Below, in pieces: positions 9,817-18,764 of a DNA stretch of 32,000 nt. Below the pieces are notes generated by a model that saw nothing but the letters and a program-made list of their open reading frames with translations, was not told the DNA's origin and did not search any database. The stretch is taken from the NCBI RefSeq assembly GCF_051097895.1, contig NZ_CP142525.1, positions 360,001 to 392,000 on the forward strand, given 5' to 3'. The translations under genes were made by a program, and so were the position numbers. This DNA comes from Psychrobacter sp. HD31 (GTDB lineage: Bacteria > Pseudomonadota > Gammaproteobacteria > Pseudomonadales > Moraxellaceae). Numbering within the stretch: the first letter of the stretch is position 1; the number at the start of each line of letters is the position of its first letter.

Positions 9817-9842
9817 AGCGGTATTTATCGCTTTATTTTTTA
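9817..9842 (+). terminator. weak hairpin plus T-run after rnd
   Basis: AAGCG (9817-9821) / CGCTT (9830-9834) with an 8-nt loop, followed by TATTTTTT. The stem is only 5 bp and the tail overlaps the stop of the convergent gene. Confidence 0.3.
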
Positions 9843-10412
9843 GCGCTTGTTAATCATTTTATTAATTTTGGGTTGTAAAATCCAAATACCAATGGGATAA
9901 AAGCACAACATAAAAAATTCGCCGACAAAATCACTAAAAATTACTTCTTTTTGCAATTCTGCGGTTTTTAATGTTTTTGCCATAAAGTATAAAGAATAGA
10001 ACATACATAGCATGGCAATTAAATGCATGATAAAAACGATTGGCAATAGCCCTGTATTGATATTAGTTGAACCAAATGCTTTTATAAAAACAGCCATAAA
10101 TAGCAATATATGAACAGTATTAAATAGCAACGCCAGCTTAAACTTGCTCACTTTTAGTTTTAATGGGGTAGGGATGACTTGTTGCAAACCTACGCCAATT
10201 GACCAAAACCAAGCAAATAATGCGGATATAAAAACCACCATGATAATAGGTAATATCTTGATATAGTTAAAAATTATTTCCATATTGGGCGCGCCAGCCG
10301 CACTAACTTGCGAGAATATGATACCCATAACGGTATATTGTATAACCATTGGCAGTAAAAAAGTGAGTAGAAAGATGTGCCAATGTTTTGCATTTAAAAT
10401 TTTATTTACCAT
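9840..10412 (-). CDS. hypothetical polytopic membrane protein
   Basis: 190-aa ORF with an ATG start and about five hydrophobic segments. AT-rich. No family recognised. Confidence 0.6.
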   Translation of the reverse strand: MVNKILNAKHWHIFLLTFLLPMVIQYTVMGIIFSQVSAAGAPNMEIIFNYIKILPIIMVVFISALFAWFWSIGVGLQQVIPTPLKLKVSKFKLALLFNTVHILLFMAVFIKAFGSTNINTGLLPIVFIMHLIAMLCMFYSLYFMAKTLKTAELQKEVIFSDFVGEFFMLCFYPIGIWILQPKINKMINKR

Positions 10413-10489
10413 TTTATGCTCAGGTTTTAGAAAGTAAGAAATAAGCTGGGTTTAGATTATAAAAACCATGTGCTTATTAGGCAAGGTCA

Positions 10490-11197
10490 TTATCTTATAA
10501 ACTTACCATTCTTTAAAAAATAGTCTGTTTGTCTTACAACTTCTTTATCCATAATCATGCCAGAGTGAGTGACTGAAATAGTAATGTGGTCAGTGGCTGT
10601 TGGTAATTGGGTTTCGTGTAGGTAAACAGTGCCATCATGCTGTTTTTCGGTTGCTTGTTTATTAATATAATTATGATATGCCAATACAGGTTGCCCTAAG
10701 CCATAAGGTCTATTGCCGGCAATAACCCCTAAGCAAACGCCTTTAGGTAAATCTGGTGTTTGCCCATCTAAAGCGCCTTTATACGCATGCCCAATACTTA
10801 ACGGCATTAGTTTTTTGGCATAGTCAGCTGTCGTACTTCCCATATGTGGGGTACCAAGAGTGACACAGTTAAGCACCTGACCATTTTTGTGCCATTGTGG
10901 AAATCGGGTAATAAAGTCGCGAATCACAAGCCCGCCTAGGCTATGAGCAACGAGATGAAATCCTTGTTTGTCTTCTAGTTTTTGTTGTAGTAATTCATTG
11001 AGTTTAGTGGAGTGCTGCTCCATAGTTTGTATTAAACTATAGTAGTCAAAGCAAATGGTTTGATAGCCTAATTTTTCTAGTTGATAGGCAAGGGGCTTCA
11101 TTATCCAGTGGCGTTGGTGTAAGCCGTGAATTAATATAACAAGGGGTTTTTGTTGTTTGGCTTTTAGTTTGTTGTATGGAGGGATTGAAGAGTTCAC
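10490..11197 (-). CDS. alpha/beta hydrolase, lipase/esterase-like
   Basis: 235 aa. GTG start with AAGGA 7 nt upstream. PLVILIHGL oxyanion region and AHSLGG nucleophile elbow, then GTPHMGS. Confidence 0.7.
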   Translation of the reverse strand: MNSSIPPYNKLKAKQQKPLVILIHGLHQRHWIMKPLAYQLEKLGYQTICFDYYSLIQTMEQHSTKLNELLQQKLEDKQGFHLVAHSLGGLVIRDFITRFPQWHKNGQVLNCVTLGTPHMGSTTADYAKKLMPLSIGHAYKGALDGQTPDLPKGVCLGVIAGNRPYGLGQPVLAYHNYINKQATEKQHDGTVYLHETQLPTATDHITISVTHSGMIMDKEVVRQTDYFLKNGKFIR

Positions 11198-11404
11198 AAA
11201 TTTTCCTTTTCTTTAGGCTATTTTAGATAATATCTTATTTTCTATTATGAATGAATATGTAAATTTTAAGAGATTAATCAGTATCCCTTATTACAGACGT
11301 CTAGTTAAATTTAACGCAAAATCTAGTCCTGTTAAAACTAATCCCCTATGCTAGCGGTCAATGGTACAGAGTCCAAGTCATGTTTAATTGCTTGATTTTA
11401 TATT

Positions 11405-11878
11405 TTAAATTTTACTCAACAGCTTATTTAACTGCCTTATTTCAGCTATATCTAAATTTTTTAATAGTTGATTTTCTATGTCAATATGCTCAATGATGGC
11501 TTGGTTAATAAGTTTAAGCCCATCATCAGATAGTTGTACTAATAAACTTCTCTTGTCAACAGGATTAGCAACTCGTCTAATGAATCCTCGTTTACTAAGT
11601 TGGTTGAGTCGATTAGTCATCGCTCCCGAAGTCACCATGGTGCTAGCAAATAACTCAGTCGGGCTTAGACAATAGGGTTCCCCCGCTCGTCGTAATGTCG
11701 CCAGTACATCAAACTCCCACATAGCTATGTCATGATTGGCTTTGTGAATGTCTGAAATTTTTTTCATTAGTTGATTATCAAGGCGTTTTATTCGACCTAG
11801 TGTTTCCATTGCTAATAACTGCTGGGAATCAAAGCCCTGCTGCTGCCATTGGTGAATAATTATATCTACAGTGTCCAT
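11405..11878 (-). CDS. MarR-family transcriptional regulator
   Basis: 157 aa. Winged-HTH region (LSPTELFASTMVTSGAMTNRLNQLSKRGFIRR..DKRSLLVQLSDDG) typical of MarR/SlyA. Confidence 0.85.
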   Translation of the reverse strand: MDTVDIIIHQWQQQGFDSQQLLAMETLGRIKRLDNQLMKKISDIHKANHDIAMWEFDVLATLRRAGEPYCLSPTELFASTMVTSGAMTNRLNQLSKRGFIRRVANPVDKRSLLVQLSDDGLKLINQAIIEHIDIENQLLKNLDIAEIRQLNKLLSKI

Positions 11879-11935
11879 CTTTTTCCTATCCTGGTTTAGC
11901 TGTCATATTATAGCAAATGAATATAAGATGGAATA

Positions 11936-11985
11936 TATCTTCACATTAAGATAGTTTTTTGATATATTATCTTAACCTAAAGATA
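11936..11985. promoter_or_regulatory. two 18-bp palindromes TATCTT-N6-AAGATA (candidate MarR operators)
   Basis: Read directly: TATCTTcacattAAGATA at 11936-11953 and TATCTTaacctaAAGATA at 11968-11985, 32 bp centre to centre, in the divergent marR / nitroreductase-remnant intergenic region. A further AAGAT half-site lies at 11925-11929. Confidence 0.45.
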
Positions 11986-12046
11986 TATTTGGTTTTATAA
12001 GATTAATATTTATCATTTTACTGACCACTATTTAAGGAATAACCCT

Positions 12047-12300
12047 ATGAATATTGCTCAAGTGTTAGATTTTCGATACACCACGAAATCTTTTGACACA
12101 AATAAAAAAGTTTACGGATGCGTCCGTCAAGCACCAATTTACAACTAAAAGCCCTTAATGAGGAGTTTATTCTACCTGAAAAAGGTTATACAGCATTGGC
12201 TGTAGTGGCATTTGGTTATCGTTCTAAAGATGATTTCAATATTCCCAGAAACACACCAAAATCACGCTTATCAGAAGAGACTATTTTCACCAAGGCGTAA
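12047..12300 (+). pseudogene. NfsB/FRase I-type NAD(P)H nitroreductase remnant (internal deletions plus frameshift)
   Basis: ATG 12047 with AAGGAA Shine-Dalgarno encodes MNIAQVLDFRYTTKSFDTNKKVYG and stops at 12146-12148. A second frame (12118..12300) reads RPSSTNLQ, then jumps straight to LNEEFILPEKGYTALAVVAFGYRSKDDFN..PKSRLSEETIFTKA. From memory these match the N-terminus, the SPSSTNSQPW block and the C-terminus of E. coli NfsB. About 254 bp remain of an expected ~650 bp. Confidence 0.7.
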
Positions 12301-12385
12301 GTTCCTAATTAACATTTTTATGTTGTATTTTCTTAGCAGTGAGACTTAAAAACTTAAGAATATTGTATTTAAAGGATTTTTTGAA

Positions 12386-13324
12386 ATGAAAGATGCCTCT
12401 ACTTCTGTAAAGCAACTTAAAAATATACTAATAACATCTATTACTCCTATCATTTGGGGGACAACTTATATTGTGACGACAGAGTTATTACCAGAAGACA
12501 GACCGTTAATTGCCTCTGTTATTCGTGTTTTGCCAGCTGGTATTTTATTAACTCTTATTGGGAGACAGCTTCCAACTTCATCCCATGGTCAGCATATTTT
12601 ACTAAAGATTTTAATATTATCTGCTCTTAATATTGCTCTATTTCAAGCATGTTTATTTATAGGAGCATACCGTTTACCAGGTGGTATAGCGGCAGTTATT
12701 GGTTCAATACAACCACTTATTATTATGCTGTTATTCATAACAATAGATGGTAAAAGAATAAATTTGATTGCTATGATAGCGATGCTTACTTCCATAGTTG
12801 GTATGGGAATGTTATTTATTACAGACACCTCTTTTTTGGCAAGCTTGGATATGACTGGTGTGATTGGATCCTTTCTTGGGGCAGTATCAATGGCAAGTGG
12901 TATTTATTTAACCAAAAAATGGAAATCAAGTTTTCAGGGTGTCAACAACTTAACATTTACAGGTTGGCAGTTGTTGTTTGGAGGACTAATGCTATTACCA
13001 TTTATGATAATGTTAGAGCCTTTACCCACCGAGCTTACAGGCATGAACATTATAGGCTATACCTATTTGACTATATTTGGTGCGTTGTTGGCTTATGTTT
13101 TGTGGTTTCGAGGAATTGAGAAAGTTAATCCAGTGTCGGTTTCCATGTTAGGAGCATTAAGTCCTATAACTGCAACTATTATTGGTTGGGCATGCTTAGG
13201 AGAATCATTATCTGTATTGCAGATGTTAGGGTTTATGATGGTTATGATATCGGTGATAATTATTCAGATTCAGGGGGGATATAAATCTAAATGCTCATTT
13301 AAATATTCTAATCAATCTAACTAA
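12386..13324 (+). CDS. EamA/DMT-superfamily transporter
   Basis: 312 aa, about 10 TM segments in two EamA-like halves (WGTTYIVT... and TFTGWQLLFGG...). Confidence 0.85.
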   Translation: MKDASTSVKQLKNILITSITPIIWGTTYIVTTELLPEDRPLIASVIRVLPAGILLTLIGRQLPTSSHGQHILLKILILSALNIALFQACLFIGAYRLPGGIAAVIGSIQPLIIMLLFITIDGKRINLIAMIAMLTSIVGMGMLFITDTSFLASLDMTGVIGSFLGAVSMASGIYLTKKWKSSFQGVNNLTFTGWQLLFGGLMLLPFMIMLEPLPTELTGMNIIGYTYLTIFGALLAYVLWFRGIEKVNPVSVSMLGALSPITATIIGWACLGESLSVLQMLGFMMVMISVIIIQIQGGYKSKCSFKYSNQSN

Positions 13325-13551
13325 CAAATATCCCTAATCTCATAACCTACCATTATTCATCAACATTTTCTATTACTCTATAGCAGCATTCAACTATGGT
13401 TTCTTTTAATGCATTTGTTGTTTTCCCATGAAAAGTTGCGTTTCAACATGTTGGTTAGTCACAGGTATTGATTAATTGTGTGATAGGTGTAATTTTGGCA
13501 ATATTGGATATATTTCTAGTGTTTTCAAATTTATTGGAATACTAAATAAAG

Positions 13552-13577
13552 CCCCCATCATTTTGACAGGGGTTTTA
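13552..13577. terminator. probable bidirectional terminator between eamA-like gene and gcvP
   Basis: CCCC..TCA / TGA..GGGG imperfect hairpin (gcccccatcattttgacagggg). It is followed by TTTTATT on the plus strand and preceded by the complement of a T-rich run (minus strand GGGGGCTTTATTTAG). Confidence 0.5.
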
Positions 13578-13607
13578 TTGTTAAATTCATTTTGGCTTTA
13601 CTATGGT

Positions 13608-16478
13608 TTAATCTTCATAGTTCTCAATACTTGGGCAGCTACAAATTAAGTTTTTATCGCCGTATACATCATCAACACGCCCAACAAAAGGCCAAAACTT
13701 ATGTTTACGGATGTAATCAAGCGGGAAGACAGCCTCATCACGTGAATAGGGCTTGTCCCATTCACTGTTTGTGACAACAAACGCCGTATGCGGAGCATTA
13801 ACTAATGGATTGTTCTCTAGTGTCCAACCATCAGTGCCTGCCTTAACTTTTAATGCTTCTTGCTTAATTTGTTTTAATGCAGCAATAAAACGGTCTAACT
13901 CTTCTTTACTTTCTGACTCTGTTGGCTCAATCATTAAAGTACCCGCAACAGGGAAGCTCATAGTTGGCGCATGGAAGCCATAATCCATCAAGCGTTTTGC
14001 TACATCGCTTTCGCTAATGCCTGTCTCTGCTTTTAATGGGCGTATGTCAATAATACACTCGTGTGCCACTTTGCCATTTTTACCCGTGTATAAAACAGGG
14101 TAGTCGTCTGCTAATTGACTGGCAAGATAATTGGCATTTAATAGCGCAAGTTTGGTGGCATCTAACAAACCGTCATGCCCCATCATGGTAATGTACATCC
14201 AAGTAATTGGTAAAATACTTGCCGAACCATAAGGTGCTGCCGATACCGCAGTTGTAACGTTTTGGGCATTATGTACCGAGCTAACCGCATGGTTTGCCAT
14301 GTATGGTGCAAGGTGTGCCTTCATACCAATAGGACCCATGCCAGGACCACCGCCACCATGTGGAATACAGAAAGTTTTGTGTAAGTTCATGTGCAGCACA
14401 TCGGCACCAACCTCAGCAGGTTGCATGATACCCACTTGGGCATTCATATTTGCACCATCCATGTATACCTGACCACCATGTTTGTGGATGGTGTCGCAAA
14501 TATCACGGATACCTTCTTCAAACACACCATGCGTTGATGGATAAGTAATCATTAAAGCGCCTAAACGCTCGCTAAACTCTTCACATTTTGCGGTTAAATC
14601 AGCGATATCCACGTTACCAGCATCATCGGTTGCGACGACCACAACTTTCATGCCCATCATTTGGGCAGTTGCTGGGTTAGTACCGTGTGCAGAACGTGGG
14701 ATTAAACACACATCACGATCTGGCTGACCATTTGCCTCGTGATAACGGCGGATAGCAAGTAAACCAGCGTATTCGCCACTTGCGCCTGAGTTTGGTTGCA
14801 TAGATATATCGTCAAACCCAGTAATGGCCTTTAACTGATTTTGTAGGTCATCAATCATGCTGACATAACCGGTAACTTGTTCGTGAGGGGCAAATGGGTG
14901 AACATTGGCAAACTCATTCCAAGTAATTGGTAGCATCTCGCTGGTTGCGTTTAGCTTCATGGTGCAGCTACCAAGTGAAATCATGCTACGATTCATTGCT
15001 AAATCTTTATCTTCTAACGATTTTAGGTAGCGAAGCATTTCATGCTCGGTGTGATAACTGTTAAACACGTCATGAGTTAGGATGTCATCTGTACGTAGAT
15101 GACTAGCATCAAGGCTAAGTTTTACCTCGGCAGGCAATTGATGTGCTTTATTAACAAACAGCTGTGTAAGTGCTTCAAAGTCTGCTTCGTCACTTACTTC
15201 ACTAAAGCTAACAGATACTTTACCACCTTCGTGCAACCATAGGTTATAGCCAATATTTTGAGCGTTTTCTACAATTTGGTTTGCGTGTTTTTCATTACCG
15301 CAGTCAATTAACACGGTATCAAAAAATTGGTCGTGTACAACTGTTAGCTCGCTACTTGTTTTAATTACATCTGCAAATGCCGATGCCATTGCATGGATAC
15401 GAGTGGCAATACGTTTAACGCCTTCGCTACCATGATAAACAGCGTACATACCAGCTAAGTTTGCTAGTAGCACTTGAGAGGTACAAATGTTTGAGTTGGC
15501 TTTTTCTCGGCGTATGTGTTGCTCACGAGTTTGTAATGCCATACGTAAGGCGGTGTTGCCTTGTGCATCTTTTGATACACCAATAATACGACCTGGTGCT
15601 GAACGTTTTGCTTTATCGCTAAAAGTAAAGTAAGCAGCGTGAGGACCACCAAAGCCCATTGGGATACCAAAACGTTGCGTGCTACCAAGGGCAACATCTG
15701 CGCCCATATCTGCTGGTGATTTTAGCAACACAAGGCTCATGATATCTGCGCCCACAATAGCATAAGTTTTGTTTTCTTTAACTTTGGCAATTACCTCGGT
15801 TAGGTCGGTAACATCGCCTTCTGCACCCACATACTGGAAGTAAGCACCAAAGTAGTCGCCTTCTTTTGCAATATCAAAGCTGCCAACAATCACATCCCAC
15901 CCAAAGTATTTTGCACGAGTGCGAATAACATCTAATGTTTGTGGGTAGGTACGCTCATCAACAAAAAATTGTGTAGATTTAGACTTGCTAACACGTTTTG
16001 CCATTGCCATTGCTTCGGCAGCAGCAGTGGCTTCATCTAGTAATGATGCACCAGCAAGCTCAAGCCCAGTTAAATCGATACACATTTGTTGAAAGTTTAA
16101 TAAGGCTTCAAGGCGACCCTGTGCAATTTCTGCTTGGTATGGTGTGTAAGCCGTGTACCAGCCTGGATTTTCTAACACATTACGTTGGATAACCGCTGGC
16201 ATGCGGGTTTCTGAATAACCTTGACCAATGTAGCTTTTGTTAACGGTAATTTCATCTGCCATTTTACGTAGTTTTGCTAAAGCAGCATGTTCAGAAACTG
16301 AGCTAGGCAAGTCTAGTTGCTTATTCATACGTACAGTTTCTGGAACTGTGGCATCAATAAAGCTGTCCATATCATCAAAACCTAGGGTGTTTAGCAGTTT
16401 TTGCTGCTCATTTTTATCTGAACCTAGATGACGATTGATAAAGTCGCTTTCGTTAAAAAGTTGAGAAAAGGTGGTCAT
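13608..16478 (-). CDS. gcvP: glycine dehydrogenase (decarboxylating), glycine cleavage P protein
   Basis: 956 aa, full-length single-chain P protein. NPGWYTAYTPYQAEIAQGRLE block and the PLP-lysine region NLHKTFCIPHGGGGPG. Confidence 0.97.
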   Translation of the reverse strand: MTTFSQLFNESDFINRHLGSDKNEQQKLLNTLGFDDMDSFIDATVPETVRMNKQLDLPSSVSEHAALAKLRKMADEITVNKSYIGQGYSETRMPAVIQRNVLENPGWYTAYTPYQAEIAQGRLEALLNFQQMCIDLTGLELAGASLLDEATAAAEAMAMAKRVSKSKSTQFFVDERTYPQTLDVIRTRAKYFGWDVIVGSFDIAKEGDYFGAYFQYVGAEGDVTDLTEVIAKVKENKTYAIVGADIMSLVLLKSPADMGADVALGSTQRFGIPMGFGGPHAAYFTFSDKAKRSAPGRIIGVSKDAQGNTALRMALQTREQHIRREKANSNICTSQVLLANLAGMYAVYHGSEGVKRIATRIHAMASAFADVIKTSSELTVVHDQFFDTVLIDCGNEKHANQIVENAQNIGYNLWLHEGGKVSVSFSEVSDEADFEALTQLFVNKAHQLPAEVKLSLDASHLRTDDILTHDVFNSYHTEHEMLRYLKSLEDKDLAMNRSMISLGSCTMKLNATSEMLPITWNEFANVHPFAPHEQVTGYVSMIDDLQNQLKAITGFDDISMQPNSGASGEYAGLLAIRRYHEANGQPDRDVCLIPRSAHGTNPATAQMMGMKVVVVATDDAGNVDIADLTAKCEEFSERLGALMITYPSTHGVFEEGIRDICDTIHKHGGQVYMDGANMNAQVGIMQPAEVGADVLHMNLHKTFCIPHGGGGPGMGPIGMKAHLAPYMANHAVSSVHNAQNVTTAVSAAPYGSASILPITWMYITMMGHDGLLDATKLALLNANYLASQLADDYPVLYTGKNGKVAHECIIDIRPLKAETGISESDVAKRLMDYGFHAPTMSFPVAGTLMIEPTESESKEELDRFIAALKQIKQEALKVKAGTDGWTLENNPLVNAPHTAFVVTNSEWDKPYSRDEAVFPLDYIRKHKFWPFVGRVDDVYGDKNLICSCPSIENYED

Positions 16479-16543
16479 GATATCATTCCTTAGTGGTGTA
16501 AAACTTACAATAAATTTATCAAGTTAGTGAATGTTTAAATTGG

Positions 16544-17575
16544 TTACTTAATAGAACGCATGGTATCTAATAGTTCATTAATTGGTTGTCGATGTTTGAT
16601 TTTATCGTCATCAACAACCCACATCGAAAAATGTTCTGCCAGTATTTCTTCTGGATGATTAAGATAATCAGAATTTGGCTTGGCTATGTCATCAAAATTT
16701 GTCTCTTTTTTATCTACAAACAGTGGGTGATAGTTAGGAGCAATGGTAGTTTCTTGTTGTGTGACGCTAATAGGTAAAAAGGCTTCATTTAGGAAAAACA
16801 AAAATGGCAGCGTATTGTTTTTTATATCATAGGGCATGTTTGAATATAAAAGGGGAATGAATGTTTGTTGCTTGCCTTTGTGTGTGAGGGTGATTGCGTA
16901 GTTTATATTGGGGGCATCTGGGTTGGTAATTAGGTTATCAGCAACTATTTTTGGTAGTGCAACTTTTGGTACCTCTTGATAGCCAACAATGGCATATAAC
17001 TTATCACGATGTTCATTGTTATATCGTGAGTAAACATGAAAGAACTCATGTGCGACAACATGATTGATAAAATCTTGAGTTGATTCTAAAAATTCAGTCG
17101 GCAATACAATGTAGTCTTGTCGTGTGTATGCAGAGTCAGCCTCAACCAAACCGTTTGACAAGATAAACTTGATGTCGGACGGGACGTTTAAATTTAAATC
17201 AGCAGTCTTATTTTGTAATAAATCCAGCGCTATCTGAACTTTTTTTGTGTAATCATCTGTCCAGTTTAACGTGGCTTTTTTATAATAAGATTGTAGCTGA
17301 TTGGGTGTTAATGCTTGTTCTGATTTAAATTTGGACTGCCAATCAAAAGTACTTAAGTTATCAATATAATCATCACGGCTGGCAAGTAACTCACTTGCCC
17401 TGTCTTTGTTAACAAAAGTTGCCTGTATGGTGTGTTTATCTGCTTTAACATTAACTACTTTTGCGTTGTTAGCTGTCGGGGTGTAATTTGTAGAACATGC
17501 AGACAAACTTAAACAGCCACAGACAATGGCAGCAATAACTTTTTTTGTTGATAAATTGCTATTTTGTTTACGCAT
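16544..17575 (-). CDS. lipoprotein with HExxH motif (putative zinc metallopeptidase, family unassigned)
   Basis: 343 aa. Signal peptide with lipobox LSAC (Cys27). HEFFH at residues 176-180. HPEEILAEHF at 307-316 resembles the ExxAE third-ligand helix of LF/MtfA-like gluzincins. AT-rich (two 60-nt spot counts gave 32-33% GC). Starts 9 nt after the upstream nitroreductase-like gene. Confidence 0.6.
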   Translation of the reverse strand: MRKQNSNLSTKKVIAAIVCGCLSLSACSTNYTPTANNAKVVNVKADKHTIQATFVNKDRASELLASRDDYIDNLSTFDWQSKFKSEQALTPNQLQSYYKKATLNWTDDYTKKVQIALDLLQNKTADLNLNVPSDIKFILSNGLVEADSAYTRQDYIVLPTEFLESTQDFINHVVAHEFFHVYSRYNNEHRDKLYAIVGYQEVPKVALPKIVADNLITNPDAPNINYAITLTHKGKQQTFIPLLYSNMPYDIKNNTLPFLFFLNEAFLPISVTQQETTIAPNYHPLFVDKKETNFDDIAKPNSDYLNHPEEILAEHFSMWVVDDDKIKHRQPINELLDTMRSIK

Positions 17576-17584
17576 TAATAACCC

Positions 17585-18334
17585 TTAGACTCTTTGTATC
17601 ATTGATTCAGGCTCAAAACGAAACTGAGCATGATAAATGCCGTTATCTGCACGCTCTCCAGCACCAATCATCATTACAATAGATTGCCCATTATCAAGCC
17701 CAAGCAGCTCGCGCATTGCTGGTTCATCAAACCCCATCATAGGGCAACTGTCAAACCCATGCGCACGCAAAGCAAGCATAAGGTTTTGGGCAGCTAATGA
17801 AGCATTGATACATGCCCAGTTTTTAACGGCATCAGCACTATAGTAGGGCGATTTGGTTGGTCCTTTAAAACGGCGCATTGCTGTGGTTGCACCCCATTTA
17901 GCAGGCGACAATACATTCATGGGTCCTGTTGCTAAATCTAACGGTACAACCTTGGTGTAGTATTCTTTTACTTTTTTAGGCACAGGTTTTATCGGGTAGT
18001 CTGCCAATACTTTTTTGATGCTTTGTTGCCAGTTGTTTGTGTGTGCCACAATGGCAATAAGTTTATTGGCAGTACGTGCTGCATTTTGGTTCATGCAAAT
18101 TTTATTGGCTTTTTTGCGTATGTCATCTGATTCAATGACAAAAAACTCCCATGGCTGTAAGTTACTGGAGCTTGGTGCCAGCATGGCAAGACGTAGGCAG
18201 TCGTCCAGCACATCATCAGGTATTACGGTTTCGGTAAAACGGCGAACAGAACGACGCTGCTCAACCACCTGTGTAAAAGCCTCAAGTTGTGGCGTTTGGG
18301 TAGGGGTGGCTAGGGTTGAAACTGTATCTGACAT
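17585..18334 (-). CDS. nitroreductase-family flavoprotein
   Basis: 249 aa. RRSVRRF and APSSSNLQPWEFFV motifs typical of the nitroreductase/NADH oxidase fold. Confidence 0.8.
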   Translation of the reverse strand: MSDTVSTLATPTQTPQLEAFTQVVEQRRSVRRFTETVIPDDVLDDCLRLAMLAPSSSNLQPWEFFVIESDDIRKKANKICMNQNAARTANKLIAIVAHTNNWQQSIKKVLADYPIKPVPKKVKEYYTKVVPLDLATGPMNVLSPAKWGATTAMRRFKGPTKSPYYSADAVKNWACINASLAAQNLMLALRAHGFDSCPMMGFDEPAMRELLGLDNGQSIVMMIGAGERADNGIYHAQFRFEPESMIQRV

Positions 18335-18414
18335 GGTTTTATCCTTTGGTTTTTAAATTGTTTGTAGAAGGCAGTTATAGGAAATTCACATTAAATCAAA
18401 ATCTTTTTAAATCA

Positions 18415-18744
18415 TTAATGCCCTATAGACTTTGAAAAAACGTTCATGATAATCACACCGGTAATAATCAACATAATACCCACAACTGCTGCTGTATCTA
18501 GTTTTTGACCAAAAATTATAGCGCCTACCAAAGTAATGAGTACGATGCCTAAACCTGACCAAATTGCATAAGCAATACCAACAGGTAAGGTTTTTAATAC
18601 TAAAGACAAAAAATAAAATGCTATGCCATATCCTAATACAACAACCATACTCGGTATCAGTTTATTAAAGCCATCAGAAGCTTGTAATGCAGTTGTGCCA
18701 ATTACCTCTGCAATAATGGCAATGGCGAGATATACATAGCTCAT
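18415..18744 (-). CDS. SMR-family multidrug efflux protein (EmrE/Qac subtype)
   Basis: Trimmed to ATG 18744 (AAGGG 9 nt upstream); the longer tracked ORF starts at a TTG. By my recollection, MSYVYLAIAIIAEVIGTT (Glu14 equivalent) and GIAYAIWSGLGIVLI follow EmrE rather than SugE/Gdx. Confidence 0.85.
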   Translation of the reverse strand: MSYVYLAIAIIAEVIGTTALQASDGFNKLIPSMVVVLGYGIAFYFLSLVLKTLPVGIAYAIWSGLGIVLITLVGAIIFGQKLDTAAVVGIMLIITGVIIMNVFSKSIGH

Positions 18745-18764
18745 GACATAGCCCTTAATAAAAT

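Noticed and set aside
11295-11302. Perfect AGACGTCT (MetJ-box consensus / 8-bp palindrome) between the hydrolase and marR genes
   Set aside because: It is a single isolated 8-mer. MetJ needs tandem boxes, and the flanking genes are unrelated to methionine metabolism.
12118-12300. 60-aa ORF as an independent small gene
   Set aside because: Its sequence is the FMN-block fragment plus C-terminus of an NfsB-type nitroreductase, and it has no Shine-Dalgarno of its own. I treat it as part of the pseudogene at 12047..12300.
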